A program made the translations under genes and the position numbers. Of a stretch of 64,000 bases of DNA, positions 62,126 through 64,000 are shown in pieces. A model generated the notes under the pieces. It searched no databases, was not told the DNA's origin, and saw only the letters and a list, made by a program, of their open reading frames with translations. The stretch is from an uncultured Eubacteriales bacterium (lineage in GTDB: Bacteria; Bacillota; Clostridia; Lachnospirales; Bianqueaceae): positions 40,783 through 104,782 of the forward strand of contig CACZRP010000047.1 in the NCBI GenBank assembly GCA_902783575.1, given 5' to 3'. Numbering within the stretch: the stretch's first letter is position 1; each line of letters begins with the position of its first letter.

Positions 62126-62638
62126 TTAATAAGCGATAATAGACTTGACGTTGTAATCCTTCAGAAGATCGCGGCCTTTCAGATCTTTCAGCTCAATAAG
62201 GAAGCTCATGCAGACAACCTCGGCACCCATCTCTTCCACCAGTTCGCAGATGGCTTTGGAGGTACCGCCGGTGGCGATCAGATCATCCACTACCACAACT
62301 TTGTCGCCGGGCTTCAGGGCGTCCGCGTGGATTTCGAGGACGTTGGAGCCATATTCAAGATCATAGCTCTTGGCAACTACCTTGCAGGGCAGCTTTCCGG
62401 GCTTTCTGACCGGAATGAAGCCCTTGTTCATGGCGTAAGCCACAGGAACGCCGAAAATAAAACCACGGGATTCCGGGCCGAGAATATAATCAAACTCAAG
62501 ATCCTTCAGCTGGTCGCAGATCTGATCCACAGCATCGTGCAGGGCTGCGGAATCCTTCAGTAATGTGGTGATGTCGCGGAATAAAACTCCCTTCTGGGGA
62601 AAATCGGGAATGTCTCTGATAACTTTAGAAAGATCCAT
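62126..62638 (-). CDS. apt: Adenine phosphoribosyltransferase
   Basis: 170 aa; IPDFPQKGVLFRDIT, PRPP motif VVVVDDLIATGGT. Confidence 0.95.
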   Translation of the reverse strand: MDLSKVIRDIPDFPQKGVLFRDITTLLKDSAALHDAVDQICDQLKDLEFDYILGPESRGFIFGVPVAYAMNKGFIPVRKPGKLPCKVVAKSYDLEYGSNVLEIHADALKPGDKVVVVDDLIATGGTSKAICELVEEMGAEVVCMSFLIELKDLKGRDLLKDYNVKSIIAY

Positions 62639-62690
62639 TTGAAAAGCCTCCTGAAAAGATAGATAACGAACATAGTTATTATAGCAGATT

Positions 62691-64000
62691 TTACTGCTTT
62701 TGAGAATACCTAATATGCTTAAGCTGTATCTTGATTCTCGGACTGCCGTTATAATAATCCGCCTTGGGCTCGTAGATAATATCCACCTGAAGGGGATTGG
62801 AAAAGTAAATGCCTCTCTTCATCTCCTCCAGGGCAATATCCGCAGCCGGGGCGTCCATCAGCAGATCCTCAATGAGACCGCGGTCAAAGCATACCGCCTC
62901 CATGGCTCCGCCCTCATCCTGCAGCAGAAGTCTGACCACATTGCCTTTCGCACCCAGCAGCTGACACTTCAGCAGGGTGATATCCTTCTCCGCCAGCTGG
63001 GGCGAAGGATTCTTGACCCCGAAGGGAGCCAGAATCTCCAGCCGGTCCAGCCACGGAATCGTAATATCCGTGATCTTCATCTGGGCATCGATATACACCG
63101 TGGGAACAAGATCATCGCCGGACAGCGTGCATTTGGCATTGAGCTCTTCCCTCAGCTGCTCCACTGTCTGCTCTTCCTTTCCCGGCTCGCAGTCCAGCGA
63201 GAAGCCAGCCGCCATGGCGTGGCCGCCCATCTTGGAAAACAGATGACGGACCTTGCTGAGCTCCTCCACCATCATGTAGGACTCGATGGAACGGGCGGAG
63301 CCCTTGAGCCCCTTCTCTGCCCTGGTTAAAGTAAGCACAGGACGGTACAGGCGCTCTTTCACCTTGCCCGCCACCAGGCCGGCGATACTTTCATGGAGCT
63401 CCGGCAGGTAAATAACCTTTACCAGATCATCGGGATGAAGACTTTCCACCTGCGCCAGACCTTCCTTGAATCCCCGGTCCGTCATCTCCTGACGAAGCTG
63501 ATTTGTCTGATTCAGCTCCCGGGCGATCTCCTGACATTCTTTGGAGGAATCGGAAAGGAGAATATGAACATACCGGTTCTGGGAACCCAGCCGGCCGCCC
63601 GCGTTCAGCATGGGGCCGATGCGGAATCCCACACTCACGGGGTCCAGATGGGAAACCTGAGCCTCATCCATCAGAGCCTTGATGCCCAGCGGCGGATGAT
63701 CATTCAGATACCGGAGTCCCTGATAAACCAGACGGCGGTTTTCCATGGTCAGCGGCATCACGTCACAGACAGTGCCCAGCGCCGCATAGCCATACAGCGT
63801 ACGGAACAGTTCCGGGAAAACATCGGATTCCTGCTCCGAAGAGGATGATAAACGATATAAAAGACGGATCATCTGCAGTGCCACAAAGGCGCCGCAAATC
63901 TCCTTCTGAGGAGAAGGATCGCCCTCCAGATGAGGATTGATTACGAAGTCTGCCTCAGGCACCACTTGATGACCTTCCGAATCCCTGGGCACTTCATGAT
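62691..64000 (-). CDS. recJ: Single-stranded-DNA-specific exonuclease RecJ, C-terminal part; gene continues beyond the right edge
   Basis: Open frame reaches the window end; DHHA1 region GGHAMAAGFSL, OB-like C-terminal domain; conserved recJ-apt pairing. Confidence 0.85.
   Translation of the reverse strand, partial: HEVPRDSEGHQVVPEADFVINPHLEGDPSPQKEICGAFVALQMIRLLYRLSSSSEQESDVFPELFRTLYGYAALGTVCDVMPLTMENRRLVYQGLRYLNDHPPLGIKALMDEAQVSHLDPVSVGFRIGPMLNAGGRLGSQNRYVHILLSDSSKECQEIARELNQTNQLRQEMTDRGFKEGLAQVESLHPDDLVKVIYLPELHESIAGLVAGKVKERLYRPVLTLTRAEKGLKGSARSIESYMMVEELSKVRHLFSKMGGHAMAAGFSLDCEPGKEEQTVEQLREELNAKCTLSGDDLVPTVYIDAQMKITDITIPWLDRLEILAPFGVKNPSPQLAEKDITLLKCQLLGAKGNVVRLLLQDEGGAMEAVCFDRGLIEDLLMDAPAADIALEEMKRGIYFSNPLQVDIIYEPKADYYNGSPRIKIQLKHIRYSQKQ

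Noticed and set aside
1-64000. CRISPR arrays, tandem repeats, IS elements, rRNA genes, toxin-antitoxin pairs or known defence systems.
   Set aside because: Reading through all intergenic regions longer than 80 nt, I saw no regularly spaced direct repeats, no transposase-like ORFs and no rRNA signatures. This was checked by eye only, so short or degenerate repeats could have been missed.

Overview
Core-chromosome segment of a Clostridia-type Firmicute. Evidence for that placement: class A RNase P RNA, sigH downstream of mrnC-rlmB, L27 with an N-terminal pro-peptide plus the Prp protease, HisZ with short-form HisG, and a radC-mreBCD-pbp2-rodA-mgsA-radical SAM-rng string. I can support about 62 protein genes, one tRNA-Thr(CGU), the RNase P RNA, about ten near-consensus sigma-A promoters and about ten intrinsic terminators. 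Layout, left to right: a sugar isomerase/oxidoreductase operon (-); an orphan Sfp-type PPTase (-); a complete his operon hisZGDCBHAF(IE) ending in an overlapping HAD-IIIA phosphatase (+); efp, malQ, tRNA-Thr and a PPi-type phosphofructokinase; anmK plus a beta-lactamase-fold hydrolase (-); a GNAT-mrnC-rlmB-sigH-rluA-like operon (+); a mini P-loop NTPase and a C39-like peptidase (-); a 14-kb co-directional string from an RnfC-like/RnfD-like/DUF4321-like trio through radC, mreBCD, pbp2, rodA, mgsA, a radical SAM pair and RNase G (+); the convergent rplU-prp-rpmA-obg-yhbY-yqeK-rsfS-ttcA-like-xer-like operon (-); lexA (+); prs (-); a membrane protein (+); then FAD oxidoreductase, tpiA, pgk, GH125, asparaginase, mscL, two nagA paralogues, a DD-carboxypeptidase, a membrane protein, a THUMP methyltransferase, folA and thyA (all -); a TIM-barrel isomerase (+); and rnpB, glcK, manA, apt, recJ (-). 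I saw no CRISPR array, transposase, prophage or recognisable defence island. The window is mostly housekeeping, and I cannot name a clear-cut novel multi-gene system with high confidence. The best candidates are: (1) an orphan promoter-to-terminator unit of about 110 nt between lexA and rplU, a candidate sRNA; (2) an RnfC-like/RnfD-like/DUF4321-like module without rnfGEAB and with a degenerate RnfC nucleotide-binding loop, heading the cell-shape operon; (3) a YqeG-type HAD phosphatase translationally coupled to hisIE, a candidate for the missing histidinol-phosphatase; (4) several unusually coupled gene pairs described in the findings. All calls rest on reading motifs and synteny by eye; no searches were run.
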